A stretch of 64,000 nucleotides of DNA from Felis catus. Its lineage: Eukaryota. Shown here one piece after another: positions 14,308 to 27,020 of this stretch. Within the stretch, counting starts at the first letter, position 1. Every line of letters starts with the position of its first letter. The notes below the pieces were generated by a model. It saw nothing but the letters and a program-made list of their open reading frames with translations, ran no database searches and was not told the DNA's origin. The stretch covers positions 157,916,001-157,980,000 of the forward strand of contig NC_058368.1 of the NCBI RefSeq assembly GCF_018350175.1, written 5' to 3'. The translations under genes and the position numbers were made by a program.

Positions 14308-14530
14308 TTATTTTAATTTATTTTTTCTTTAATGTTTATTTATTTTTGAGAGGGAGAAAGACAGAGCACAGTGGAGAAGGGGCAGACAGAGAGGGAGACA
14401 GAATCTGAAGCAGGCTCGAGTCTCTGAGCTGTCAGCACAGAGCCCGATGCGGGGCTTGAACCCATGAACCGTGAGATCATGACATGAGCTGAAGTCACAC
14501 ATTCAACCGATGTAGCTACCCAGGTGCCCC
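14308..14530 (-). mobile_element. CanSINE
   Basis: Typical body; TSD ttaRcagtatatttag at 14292-14307 and 14531-14546. Confidence 0.93.
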
Positions 14531-14905
14531 TTAACAGTATATTTAGATAATGAAAAGTATTGAACACTGAGTCCGGAGGGGGCAAAGTTGTTTGTATCAC
14601 TTCTGCCTCAGAGAAAACTGCTCTGAGATTCAGTCTAAGGAGACTGAATTCTCAATCTGTGGAAATGTGATTTGGTGGATGGTCTTGCTGCTTTTTCTGA
14701 GGTATATCCTGTTGCTCTTCCCAGAGGTGAGCCCTGGGATGAGGCTGCATTGTGAGCAGCAGATGCCCTGCCCAGAGGCCAGGGTAATTGGAAATGCTGC
14801 AGAACATCCTGTTCCTGGGAGACCTTCTGCCTGGTTGTTTGTGCCCTAGAGATTTGGCTCCTGGCATTCTTGCCCAGACCTTTGGACTTTGGCAAGGCCA
14901 ATTCT

Positions 14906-15144
14906 CTTTTTATTTTTATTTATTTAAAAAACATTTTTTAATGTTTATTTATTTTTGAGAGAGAGAGCCAGACAGACCGTGAGTGAGGGAGGGGGACAGA
15001 GAGAGGGAGACACAGAATCCGAAGCAGGCTCCAGGCTCCATGCCGTCATCACAGAGCTGGATGCAGGGCTTGAATCCATGAACCACGAGATCATGACCTG
15101 AGCCGAAATTGGATGCTTAACCCACTGAGCCACCCAGGTACCCC
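14906..15144 (-). mobile_element. CanSINE
   Basis: Typical body; perfect TSD tggcaaggccaattct at 14890-14905 and 15145-15160. Confidence 0.95.
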
Positions 15145-16975
15145 TGGCAAGGCCAATTCTTTGTTTCTGTCTTCATACATGTGCTATTCTGGCTCCTTAG
15201 GAGGTTTCATTTTGTGTGTGTTGTGGCGGTGAAGGCTTCTCCAACTGCCTGGCCCTGTACTTGCCCATGGACACTCTGTTAAATTTCATAAGTGGCAACA
15301 AAACGTGCACTTAACTTGGAAATAAAAACTATTACTTGAGCAAAAATATAATGAAACATCTTTCCTAATCTTGCCAAAATAATGAGGGCCAGGTCTCTGG
15401 CTTTCATGGTGATTATGAACATCTTGACTACTGCCAGATGCCAATGCTAACTTTTAGCTATACATCTTGATTTGAATAGTATATATGGGAAGAGCACAAT
15501 CAGAAGCTTTTGAACATGTAGTGCCAAGTTGAATATGATACCACATTATCCTAGCAAAATTCTTCCAACATCTTGGTGTCTGTTATCTATTAAATGAAAC
15601 CAAAATGTAAAAACAGTATAAATAACAAAAGCTTCCTCATTAGAATTTTGTGAAGGATACCAACTATCCTCATGAAGTATTTTAAGTCTCATAATTATTG
15701 ATCATAACATTGCATACCATAGATAGGACATGGACGAGTGGAAGACTGAAGTGATGAGGCTAACATCACACAATGAGCTGGGGAAAATCTGAAAATAGAG
15801 AGAAATCCAGATTTTAAGAAACATAGTCATATTTGGACAAAGTCCCAGAGTTTAAGCAACAAGAGCACTTGATACAGAACCTGAAGTCACAGGTACGTAG
15901 GCAAATTATACAGCTACACTCGTGCAGTGCAGGTGAAGTCACACTAGTCTTTGGAGTGTTGCTGAGGTGGGTTCTGTGATTGACTGGGAGGAGCAGTGTG
16001 CAGGTGACCCTCTGAGAAGTCTCCCCAGGTTCCTGATGGAGATGGATGGGAAAGTTATAGACAGAAAGGGAGAAAATGCCTCCAGTTCTGTGCAGTGGGA
16101 TCGCATCTTCCACCCCCAGCCACTTAAAGTCTTGTCAGAACTCATGGCCTTTTAGCTGGAAAAGCATGACAGAAAAACTGTACGGCATTTGGTTATGAAA
16201 CAGGAAAAGATGACTGGGCAAGGCTTTGTAAGCAGTCAGCACGTAGAGAAAGAAGGAAATTCAGGCAAGATATGTCTTTGCTGTTTGCCTCAAGTTATAT
16301 TTTGCAACACATAATGGCAACAATTAAACAAGGACACAATATTATCTAATTTGTGCTGTTTACTTCCCAGAATGTGGAACATTTTCTGCAGGAGCCCATC
16401 TTTATCTCTAGGAGCCTCTGGCAAACAGTTCCATTTCAGCTCAGGTCTTTTTGTAGAAGGAACTTGATGTTAAAAGCAGCTGGCTCCTTCTGCCCTCAAC
16501 CCCCTCTGGTGGTTAACACGTTTATCATCTTTGTTCTGAGTCGCACTCAGTCTGGTTCCATTTTTATTTCTGTTCATTTTTAATGAGTTAGTAACTCAGC
16601 AATCCTGGCTCAAAATCTCTGGAACCATGGGTTGTTAATAAGGATTGAATCAGCTTGCTGGCTCATAATAGGCTCTGAATCCAGTAACATTCATGGTGTT
16701 CATTTACTTGGGTGGTTATTGGATCCCAGTAGGACAAAGGGTTAACGAGAAGAATCCAGTCAAAGCCTCTCTGGTTGCCAAAAGAGCTCTAGTTGCAGAA
16801 CCTCTGCCTTCACTGAAGCATCAGTCTTCAGAGGAGGATGGTATACCCGCTTCTATTATCACTCATTTGGCTTTATAAGAACTTCCATGTCTTCCCAACC
16901 AGTAAGCGTGTAAGAATTGCTTCAAACTCTATGAAATACATGCTATGACAATTTTCTCATTAGAAATTACCTACA

Positions 16976-17192
16976 GGGGTGCCTGGGTGGCTCGGTCAGT
17001 TGAACGTTGGACTTCAGCTCAGGTCATGATCTCGCGGTCCGTGAGTTCAAGCCCTGCGTCGGGCTCTGTGCTGACAGCTCAGAGCCTGGAGCCCGTTTCA
17101 GATTCTGTGTCTCCCTCTCTCTCTGCCCCTCCCCGACTCATGCTCTGTCTCTGTCTCTCAAAAATGAATAAATGTCAAAAAAATTTTAAAAA
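16976..17192 (+). mobile_element. CanSINE (SINEC_Fc-like)
   Basis: Head ggggtgcctgggtggctcggtc; TSD agaaatKacctaca. Confidence 0.95.
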
Positions 17193-18672
17193 AGAAATGA
17201 CCTACATTACAGCTGTAACTGTATATGCTGAACCTTATGCAGAATGATAATAGAACTTAACTGAGTAGTCAGTAACTTGTATCCAAAAGCTACCATCATC
17301 ACATATGCCAAGGGAAGCATCGGTGAGTATATTTAAGATGCATTTAAATGAAAAAAACAAACAAACAAAAACAAAACAAAACAAAAAAAACAGAAATAGT
17401 GAAGTAGAGAAATCCTGATTGTAGGATGAATAAAGCCATATTTTGTTAAACCCAAATGCTTACAAGATTATATACAGAAAGATAATTTGTGCACAGCATG
17501 TAAATAATCATGATGCTCAGTGGGAATTATTTGCATTTTAATTGCTACTAGTAATGGAGACAGTTGTGTCTTCTTATTTTCATTAGAAAGAATGGTTTAC
17601 CATAAATGTAATTCAAGTTTTTATCTTAAAAATGGTACTCTAAAAATCTTGGTCACATTCTTCTTTTATTTGATGTTCTTCTCTTTACCTCTGTTTCGTT
17701 TGTTGCTGTTGTCGTTTAAATCAACTGTTCTAACTGATTGAATAGGGCTCAAGGTAGTCTGTGTATGGTTTTCTGAAAGCCAGCCTGCAGGCTGAATTAG
17801 AAACAGCAATTGTCTCTTTGAAGAGAGGAGTTGAATTTGAAGTGTCATTAGTTTAAGTGCCAGGGTAGTACCCTACAGCCTTGGTTACTTTTTACACACC
17901 ATATCCTTAAAACACTTCTACTATAACTTTCTTCATGTTGTTTTTAAATGGTGTACCTTTTACTTTAGTAAACTTTCTTTAAATGAGAATTTTAGATGAT
18001 GACTTCAGATAGAAAACCAGTATCCTGTGCCACAATAGATGAGGGCCACAAAAAGAAATAATGGTGAAAAGAAGAAAATATTATTGAATTCTAGTTAAAA
18101 GCTGGAGCTTGCCAAGGCACTGAGCCTAAGGCTTTCTCTCTTTTGTTTACTTTGTGTCTCTCCTACTCTCTCCTTCTTTTTTGGTAAAGTGTAAAGATGT
18201 GTTGAAGACACCAAATGGAGACTTTCTTTAGACATATTGAGGCGTGTAGGGAAATTGAAAAGGGAAGAACTTTCTCACAATATGATTTAGTGGAATGAAC
18301 ATCTTCCCCAAACTCCACATTACCTTCACCTTAGAAAACAGTGCCCCAGGAAAGCCATCTAACAACTCCTAAGTTTAACAATTGGGGGTGATAGTGTACA
18401 ACTCTCCAAGGGAAGCCAAGTTGGACCCATGGCTCTTATTCTCCAAGATTCTTTTTCCCTTTGGGGATTTTCACCAACTGCTGCTGCTGCCACCACAATG
18501 GCCTCCAGGTGAGCCTTCCCGGACATTCTGGCTCAAGCAGGAACAGAGGCTTCCCTCCTTACTTCCTCCTGGAAATTTAAATAAGACTTTACAAGCAAAT
18601 GGCTTAATAAAAAGGAAACACACAGAATGACTTAGTCTTCCTTTTCCTCTTTGGTTTGGAGTTTCCCAGAGA

Positions 18673-18858
18673 CAGTGGTTCTCAAACTTAAGCTTGCATG
18701 GAAATCACCTGGAAGGCTTATTAAAGGAGGGTGTGCTGGACTTACTCCCAAAATTCTGATTCAACAGGCCTGTGTTGGGGCTGAGACTTTACATTTCAAA
18801 CAAGGGAGCAGGTGAGGCTCTGGCTGCTGGCCGGGGAATCACCCTGGGAGAACCACTA
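18673..18858. mobile_element. MER5A-like hAT-Charlie MITE
   Basis: TIRs cagtggttctc...gagaaccacta, ~186 bp, degenerate 8-bp TSD cccagaga/tccagagg. Confidence 0.85.
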
Positions 18859-19280
18859 TCCAGAGGAGACCTGTTACTGCCTGGTGTCTACTGCCTGCCT
18901 GCTTTTCTGAAGGCCCATATTTGAGGTATGTGGCGAGACTCTTTAAGGGCCGGGATATAATTCTAAAATGGAAAGGCAGCTGGAGTCATAAATAAGATGG
19001 AGTTGAATTCTCTCTCTCTCAAGTGAGCAGAGATCAGCTCTTTGGTCATACCGCACAAATATCTCCCTCTCACTGAAGTCACCCAACAATATTTTCTCAA
19101 ATCTCAGGAATTTCACTTCACTAATATTGACCTATGTTTCACAGTTATTGTTGGTCATGCTGCAAATGCCTGAGTGTGCAGGAACCCGGTTGTAGTTATT
19201 CAAGTTATCATTGCTTCCTGCTTTAGGTACATTTTTGGTACTGCATGAATGGATTTAATTGTCATTTAAAATGTCTTTGA

Positions 19281-19540
19281 GGGGCGCCTGGGTGGCTTGG
19301 TTGAGTGGCTGACTTTGGCTCAGGTCGTGATCTTGCCTTCGTGGGTTTGAGCCCCGTATCAGGCTCTGTGCTGACAGCTCAGTCAGTGCCTAGAGTCTGC
19401 TTGGGAGTCTGTGTCTCCTTCTCTCTCTGCCCCTCCCCCCACTCATGCTCGCTCTCTCTCCCTCTCTCTCTGTCTCTCCCTCTCTCTACCTCTCTCCCTC
19501 TCCCTCTCTCTCTCTCAAAAATAAACATTAAACAAATTTT
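19281..19540 (+). mobile_element. CanSINE with expanded CT-rich tract
   Basis: Head ggggcgcctgggtggc, long (CT/CCCT) region, aaaataaac tail. Confidence 0.9.
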
Positions 19541-22039
19541 TAATCTCTTTAAAATTATAATATTATGATTAAGCATTGAAACAAAATGTTACTGTGTATG
19601 AAGACAGGCATGGGAATAAGGCAGTGGGGCTTATGTTTGGTATTGAAACAAATAATTTGCCACTAGAATGATTGCAATTCAGTATTCTTAAAACAAGCTA
19701 TGATAAAAGTTTCACTTTTAGATAGCAACATTTACAAAATACCTATACATAGTTTATAGTTATTTAAATGATGTGATAGTGAAAAATATTAATCTCACCT
19801 TAAAAATAAGACATATATAGATTTAAAAATTCCTTTAGGGGATGCGTGAGCAAAAAAATGTGAAGACCTCAGCTCTAGACTGCAGTTTTCCAAATGACCC
19901 TTGCAGTACTGGCACCTGGCCAAAATAAATTCTTTGACGGTCCATGGAAAAATGAGAAAGAAGGAAAATTTATTGATTTTTTTTTTAATGAAGCAAAATG
20001 TTTTCGGTTTAAAGTTCTGTCTTGTCTTCTGAAATAAGTTCCTTTCTACATTTTTGGAAGGGAGGAAGTTAGAATATCCTGTAGTTTCAAAATTATGATA
20101 TTTATACTTAACAGGCTTTTTTTCTTTTCCACATTTCCTTTTAAAACAACAACTGTATGTTTTATAGCCCCTATACAAACCAGCTGCCCATAAGTAGATG
20201 AAGCTCAGTTTTCATTGTGCTGATACACATACATGTGTGGCCTATAATTTGCTAAGCTTTGCAGCTGAAAGCAGACAAAATTGTGAAATCCCTGAAGATA
20301 TACAAAATAAATTTCAAACTAGAGGACTGTCATTTTAGGCGTAGTACATTTTAATCAGCATTATTTTACTTGGTGGTTCAGAACGTAGTAGCATGATGTA
20401 CAAAAGATGTTGCTTTATTGACGTTTGATCAAACAATATCCCGGCACCTAGATAAACCCATGCTTAATACATATGTGCTGAGTTGATTGATGACTGAAAG
20501 CCTTGGGCTGAAAATCCTACTTGTCTATAATTTTGCACTTACCTCTGTGGCTTTGATAGAACTCATAGTCCTGAATGGTTAAGGGGATAACTTTAAGGCA
20601 GACCCACATTTGAGGCAGATTGGGAGATGGCGCAAGGAACAATATTAACAGTACACAAGCCCTAAAGCAAACACACACAGTTGCTGATGGGAGGCACTTA
20701 TAAGAGCACAGGGGGTGTTGGGATGAGGAAGGAATAAAGGTTATTCTTGTACAGTCTGGCATATAGCCAGTATTTCAACATGTTGATGAATGGATGAGCA
20801 AATGAGATATTTGAAAAATTTTCCCGTTATGAATTTTTTCTCGTGAATCAAGTTATTTTTTTTAAATATTAGTCCAAGGTTAAATAAAGTGTCAACCACA
20901 TGAAACAAATCATGTATTAGCCATGAAAGCAAGTAGTGGCTCCTATGCCACAAAAAGAATTAGGATTAGAATGAGTAAAAATCAGGTGGCTGGCAGAGTA
21001 AATATTCTAACAATTGGACTGTGACTTAATGAGAAATCGGCTCTTTTATGTCTTCATTTATTTTTGTTTGGGTTTGTGGGGATATACTGGATTAATTTGC
21101 TTCTGATGATTGTATCCTTCTTGGGAGAAATGGAACAAGTGACTAGTTACTAGAATTACCTACCTGTGCATGGCAGATAGGCCGAGGTGAATGGAGAGAG
21201 CCAACATATGTTTTCTGTGTCAAGCACAATTTCACAGACTGAATTCTATTTGAAATTTGTTTTTATTGGTTCCTTCATTATTACACAAACAGAGCTAAAA
21301 AAAAAAAAAAGAAACCAAAAAAAAAAAAAAACCAAAAACAAAAACAACAACAAAAAAAACAGATCAAGTGTTTAAGCACAGAATCACATGATTTAATGTC
21401 TTACAGACACAAGGGGTCAGCATTTCAACATAGATGACTTGATGGCTTGGCTTTCTTGTTCAGTTCTGCTGCTCTGCACTGGCTTGATGTGCTTATGTGT
21501 ATGAGGGTGGATAGGGAAATAAATTTCAATTTGTATTTTGCAAATCACTTTCTTTTCCAGTTTAGTATGTTGACGCCTTTCTTGGAGATGTAATCAATCT
21601 GATATTTCCATGGGAATGATATCTAACAGTGAGTCTGCGCAGCCTCACTGGTCCCTGTGGTTTCAGCAAGCTTCAGTGAGCTACTGATTTACATTAATTT
21701 CCCTCTCCCTGAAACAGTTTCTTAACCCACAGAGTCCTTAGTCAATGGTTGCTCAATAAATATACTGGATACATTTATTCCTGAATGGTACTATTTTATT
21801 GATGCCAGTTTTCCAGGAAAAGGGGCTATGGGGCTAGTGAGGTTATATGTTGATTCTGGGCTCATTTAGGGTTTCTGACTTAGTTCCACGATATCGCTCC
21901 ATGTTTGATCTGACCTTTGATTTCCCATTCCTGACTCAGTGCAAGTGCTTGAGACAATATGCCTTGGGATATGTCATATTTTTCTCAGAATTAAAAAAAC
22001 TTTACAGACAGGAAAATCCACTCCCTTTGGCAAACAGTT

Positions 22040-22475
22040 CTATGAGTTTTGACGAATGAAGAGACGTATATAAAACTACCATAATGAGGGTAAAATTCTG
22101 TCACCCCGAAATGTTTTTTTCTGTTGCACCTTTGTAGTCAACCTCTCCATCATAACCCTTGGCAACTACTGATCTGTTCCCTGTACTCATAGTTTTGCCT
22201 CTTCTAGAACATTATATAAATTGAATTAGGTAGTATGTAATATTTGAGTCTAAATTCTTTCACTTAGCATAACGCATCTGAGATTCATCTATGTTTTCTT
22301 GTTGTTTTAATAGCTGGCTAGTATTCTATCATGAGCATGTACCACAGTCTGTTTAACCACTCACCAGGTAAAGGACATTTGGGTGGTTTCTGAGTTTTGG
22401 TGATTATGAATAAAGCTACTATAAACATTTACACACAGGTTTTTCTGTGAGCATAAGTTTTCATTTCTTTTGGGT
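22040..22475 (-). mobile_element. Old L1 (L1MB/MC-like) 3' fragment; resumes at ~22916-22950
   Basis: cttggcaactactgatctg...tcacttagcataa...tgaataaagctactataaacatt...ttttcatttcttttgggt. Confidence 0.75.
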
Positions 22476-22662
22476 GGAGTGGTTATTTAAAATATCCTTT
22501 AATTTCAAAATTATGATGTTAGTACACAATAAACTCTTTCCTCCTTGCATTTCCTTTTATAGCAACAATTATGTGCTTTACAGGCCAGCACAAGGAAGCT
22601 ACCCATAAGTGGCTGAAGTTAAATTTCATTTTGCTGCTGAGAGATATGCAAAAGTGTGGCTA

Positions 22663-22879
22663 GAGGCGCCTGGGTGGCTCAGTCGGTTAAGTGTCAGTTT
22701 CTTGGTATCAGCTCAGGTCATGATCTCAGGGTTTCATTGGTTTAAGCCCTACATCAGGCTCTGCTCTGGCAGTGTGGAACCTGCTTGGGATTCTCTGTCT
22801 CCCTCTCTCTCTGTCCCTCCCCCACTCACACTATCTCTGGCTCTTTCAAAATAAATAAATAATCTTAAAAAAAAAAAAA
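22663..22879 (+). mobile_element. CanSINE
   Basis: Typical head and poly(A); TSD aaagtRtggc. Confidence 0.92.
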
Positions 22880-23079
22880 AAAGTATGGCCTATAACTTGA
22901 TAGGCAGCTGAAAGAACCTAGGAGTGGAGTTGCTAGGTCAAGGGTAATTGCTTAATCATTCTCTTCAAAACCCTCCAAACTTTCATAAAAATTGAATACA
23001 CATACAGAATGTAGATTCCTGCACCCAGAGAATGTTCATGCCCTTACAGAATTTAAACCTAAACAGTAATAACATTTTT

Positions 23080-23268
23080 TTTTTTTGAGAGCGAGCACAC
23101 ACATACGAGTTAGGGAGGGCCAGAGGGAGAGAGAGAGAGAGAGAAAGAGAGAATTTTAAGCAGTCTCCAAGACCAGAACAGGGCCTGAAGCAGGGCTCAA
23201 CCTCATGACCCTGAGATCATGACCTGAGCCGAAATCAACGCTTAACCGACTCAACCACCCAGGCGCCC
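23080..23268 (-). mobile_element. CanSINE (older subfamily)
   Basis: Ends ccacccaggcgcccc; TSD cagtaaWaacattttt. Confidence 0.9.
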
Positions 23269-23861
23269 CAGTAAAAACATTTTTAACCCAGAAGAGATCT
23301 TATGTGACATTTAGACCTTACTTTATAAATGAGTAGTGTGAGGCCAAAAGAAAGGAAGAGTTTTGCTCAAGGTCATTTAGCTATCCAGCCACAAGTAGAT
23401 CTCTGGTCTTCTGGCTTTCCTTCCAGGACTGTCAACTCTAATTTTCTTGCCATTTGGTAAGTAATGATAATGGATTTCAAATAGAAGTAACAAGAATAAT
23501 ACTCCACAATGTGTGATTTTATAATGTTTTTAATTTATTAAAAGTATTTTTATTTTGCCATAACCAGTCCCTCCCTAGTTTTTCCCATCTCAGTTAAGAG
23601 CATCACCATTCACCCAGTTACTCAGATCAGAAACTTCCTTATTATCTTTGATGCTCAGACTTTAGAAAGTTCCCTGTCACAGAGCAGGCATTCAATAAAT
23701 ATTCAGAGAAGGAATGCCTGAACAAATACATGTGCTTGAATGTCTAATATCTGGTATAACTCACACTTCTTTCATATCATAGGTTGAAAAGGCATTCACA
23801 TGAACAGTCAGTCTCAAACATTTGACATGTAAAGCATGACATGCCTTTGGTATGCTTCTTC

Positions 23862-24090
23862 TTTATTTTTTTTTTTAATTTTTAATGTTTATTGTTTATT
23901 TTTGAGAGAGAGAAAGACAGAGTGTGAGTGGAAGAGGGGCAGAGAGAGAGAGGGAAACACAGAATCTGAAGCAGGCTCAAGGCTCTGAGTTGTCAGCACA
24001 GACCCTGATGCAGGGCTTGAACCCATGAACCATGAGATCGTAACCTAAGCGGAAGTTAGAAGCTTAGTCGACTGAGCCACCCAGGTGCCC
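23862..24090 (-). mobile_element. CanSINE
   Basis: Typical reverse-orientation body ending gagccacccaggtgccc. Confidence 0.92.
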
Positions 24091-24159
24091 GCTTCCTTAT
24101 TTTTAAAATGACTTGAACTAATTAAACATATTTATAATGCAATGTGAAAGATTGTATTT

Positions 24160-25157
24160 GTTTTTAAATTTTTGTTGTTAACCTGTGGTGCAATATTAGT
24201 TTCAGGAGTAGAGTTCAGTGATTCATCACTTACATTCAACACCCAGTGTTCATCATAACAAATGACCCTCCTTAACACTCATCACCCATCTAGCCCATCT
24301 CTTGCCCACATCCCTACATCAACCCTCAATTTGTTTTCTATTGTTAAGAATCTCTTGTGGTTTGTTTTCTTCTCTCTTCTCCACCCACTTCCCTTATGTT
24401 CATCTATTTCATTTCTTAAATTGCATATATGAATGAAATCATATGGTATTTGTCTTTCTCTGATTGACTTATTTTACTTAACATAATACGTTTTAGGTCT
24501 ATCCACACCATTGCAAATTGCAAGAGTTCAATCTTTCAAGAGGCAGGAGTTAAGATAGAAGAGAAGTAGGGGCATGTTGTGCTTTCCTTGTCCCTCAAAC
24601 AAAGCTGTATTGAGGTCAGATACCTTGGAACACCCAGGAAATTGATCTGAGTACTAGCAGAAGGGGCTCCTTCTGGTGGTGTCTCAGAGGGGAGGGAACC
24701 CTTTCTGTGGAGAGACAAAAGGGAAAGATAGAGGGGTTGAGAGAGTGCGGTATTGGGTTCCCATAAAACAAAACCCTCTCCTGACCACAGACTGGAGAGT
24801 GAGAGGAACTGAGTGTTGCAGTTTTTTTGCAAACAGCACGTGGAAGTGTATGACTTTCCCCAGAGTGGATCTTTGGCATGTGCTCCTTGGGAGAAGGATG
24901 CTGACTTCAGAGTGCTTAGGGTAGAGTAGGGAGCTCCTGAGTCACATTGGGAGAGAACATTCCCCTTCTTAGAGTACGCTTATTTGGAAGAAGGTACATT
25001 GCCTCTTCAAGGCAAAAGACCCTGCAGGTGCCAGCAAAAAGTCTTTCATTGGCAGGATATAGAGGTGTGTACAGAGGGGAGATAACCTGGTTGCTGCTTT
25101 TCCAGTGATATCTCATAGATTCCATATAATGTGCAGGTGTGGGTCTATTTTTCTGGT
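24160..25157 (-). mobile_element. Carnivore L1 with 5' inversion: 3' end on minus (to ~24535) joined to a 5'-UTR-like segment on plus
   Basis: L1 3' motifs at 24165-24535. From 24536, ggagttaagatagaagagaagtagggg...ccttggaacac resembles the L1 5' start. Flanking attgtattt repeats. Confidence 0.65.
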
Positions 25158-25394
25158 ATTGTATTTTTTTAATTTTGTAAGTACTTATTTACTTCTGAAC
25201 CTTGGGATTAGTTTTATTGGTGGCTGGTAATACTCAGAATTCTGTTTACTATTAGGCATTTTATAATGCTACTTTATATGTCTCTCTTTTAAATAACAGC
25301 TTGAGACAAGATATGTTTTAATAGGGAACTATTTTTATAAGGAATACATACCAAACAAATATTAAGATTTTTTTGCCATGAGTGTGATAGTTTT

Positions 25395-25503
25395 GTTAAT
25401 TGATAAATAATGTACTGTATGATATTAATTTCAGGTATACTATATAACAATTCAACAATTGTATACATTACTCAGTGCTCACCATGATAAGTGTAGTCAC
25501 CAT
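25395..25503 (-). mobile_element. Short L1 3'-end fragment
   Basis: atattaatttcaggtatac...cattactcagtgctcaccatgataagtgtagtcaccat. Confidence 0.6.
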
Positions 25504-26429
25504 GGGTCTATGAGGTTTCAGATGCTTATGAGGTGTCTAATTTAAAGATCAGATAGGTTATATATTCAGATTTGGAGCTCATAAGAAAGTTGTGGGTCCA
25601 ATATGGGTCACCATAGACAGGAAGTATCTTAGGTCTGGTTTTAAAAAGCACAAATTTCCCGAGTGACCAGTGGGTCACTGGGAATGACATTACTGAAGAA
25701 GTCTTTCTAATTGCACTCCTTGGCTTCCAGATTGATATATGCTACCTATCAGAGACAGGACAACACATAATGACCATTGGCATAAAGTATATTGTGAAAG
25801 CAACACCTCAGCATCACAGTGTATCATCTTTAAGCTGGCACCTTAAAAGTCCCTTCAAGGGACTGGTCCATTTTCCATCATGACAGCAATGTCTGGGTTA
25901 CACAGTGTGTGGGAGACCAGCAGTAGACCAATCTACTTTTAGTTTTTACCAACTACCAAACTGATCTACCAACAACCAGGCCTAGGTTTCTTCCTCCTCT
26001 ATCATTGGATGGGTTCTCCAGTATTCTATAACAGAACCAGTCTAGCATGCTCACATCTCTAGGCCCTTAGATCATTTCCTCAGAACTCTACCAAAACTTT
26101 TCTGGCAGTTCCCAGAGGCCAGTGAAAGCAAAAGCAGACAAAAAGTAGGGTAGAGGCCCACAGACTAGTAAAGGTGGTTTGAGGGGACCTGCAGACCACC
26201 AATGGTGTATACTACAAAGCCATAGGAATGGATGATGTAAAGAGAGGGTAAGGTGAGAAGGGCAAGGACTTGAGACATAGTCCTCCATTTAAGACCCCAA
26301 TATTCAATGGTTCATGAGAGGCAATTACCAACAAGTGAGACAGGAAAAGAGTTGCAAAGAGATGATGCCCAGACAGGGTTTTAAGAGAAAAGGATTATTG
26401 CAATGAATTGGCAGATGCTGAGTCATTAA

Positions 26430-27020
26430 TGATGTGATGTAACATGGGGGTCTGGGAGTGAACAGCCAAGAAAGAATTCTTGAAATGTCTTTGGTGCAAA
26501 AAACGTGGTTTTATTAAAGCACAAGGACAGAACTCATGGACTGAAAGAGCTACACTGGGATTGTGAAGAGTGAATGATGATACACTTATAAATTGAGAGG
26601 GGGTTAGGAATGCTGTAAATCTTTAAGAAATTTGGAAGCAAAGTTTTCAGGACCGTGTAAGATAAGGTCATTTACTACTGTCTAGTAAATCCTTAGTCAT
26701 GAGACCCTTCAGATGTATATCAGGGAGCCATATGTTTGGAGAATGATTGCTAACATATATCTTGGGGCAGTGGGGGGTTGAGGGGGATAGAAATAAATGA
26801 AGTTTCCAAAGGGATTTTTGTATGTTAAAGAAGACTTACAGAATCCTGGAGGTTGGGCTAATGTCAATCTAAGGTTGCCTTTTGCCTCTAGCAGACCTCA
26901 ATTAGGAGGTTGAGTTCCTGGAGGAAGGTCACTCTTCCTGTCCCACGTACTTGTCAATGGGCTGTAAGTTATAAGGAAACTTAACTTTTTCTACATTTTT
27001 TGCCTTTTTTCTCCACATCA
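26430..27020 (-). mobile_element. Solo LTR (ERV1-class likely), 591 bp
   Basis: Termini TGATGTG...CACATCA, 4-bp TSD TTAA, AATAAA on the minus strand at 26510-26515. Confidence 0.75.

Noticed and set aside
16945..17247. Recurring peptides such as AQVMISRSVSSSPASGSVLTAQSLEP across several ORFs
   Set aside because: These are translations of CanSINE copies, not a gene family.
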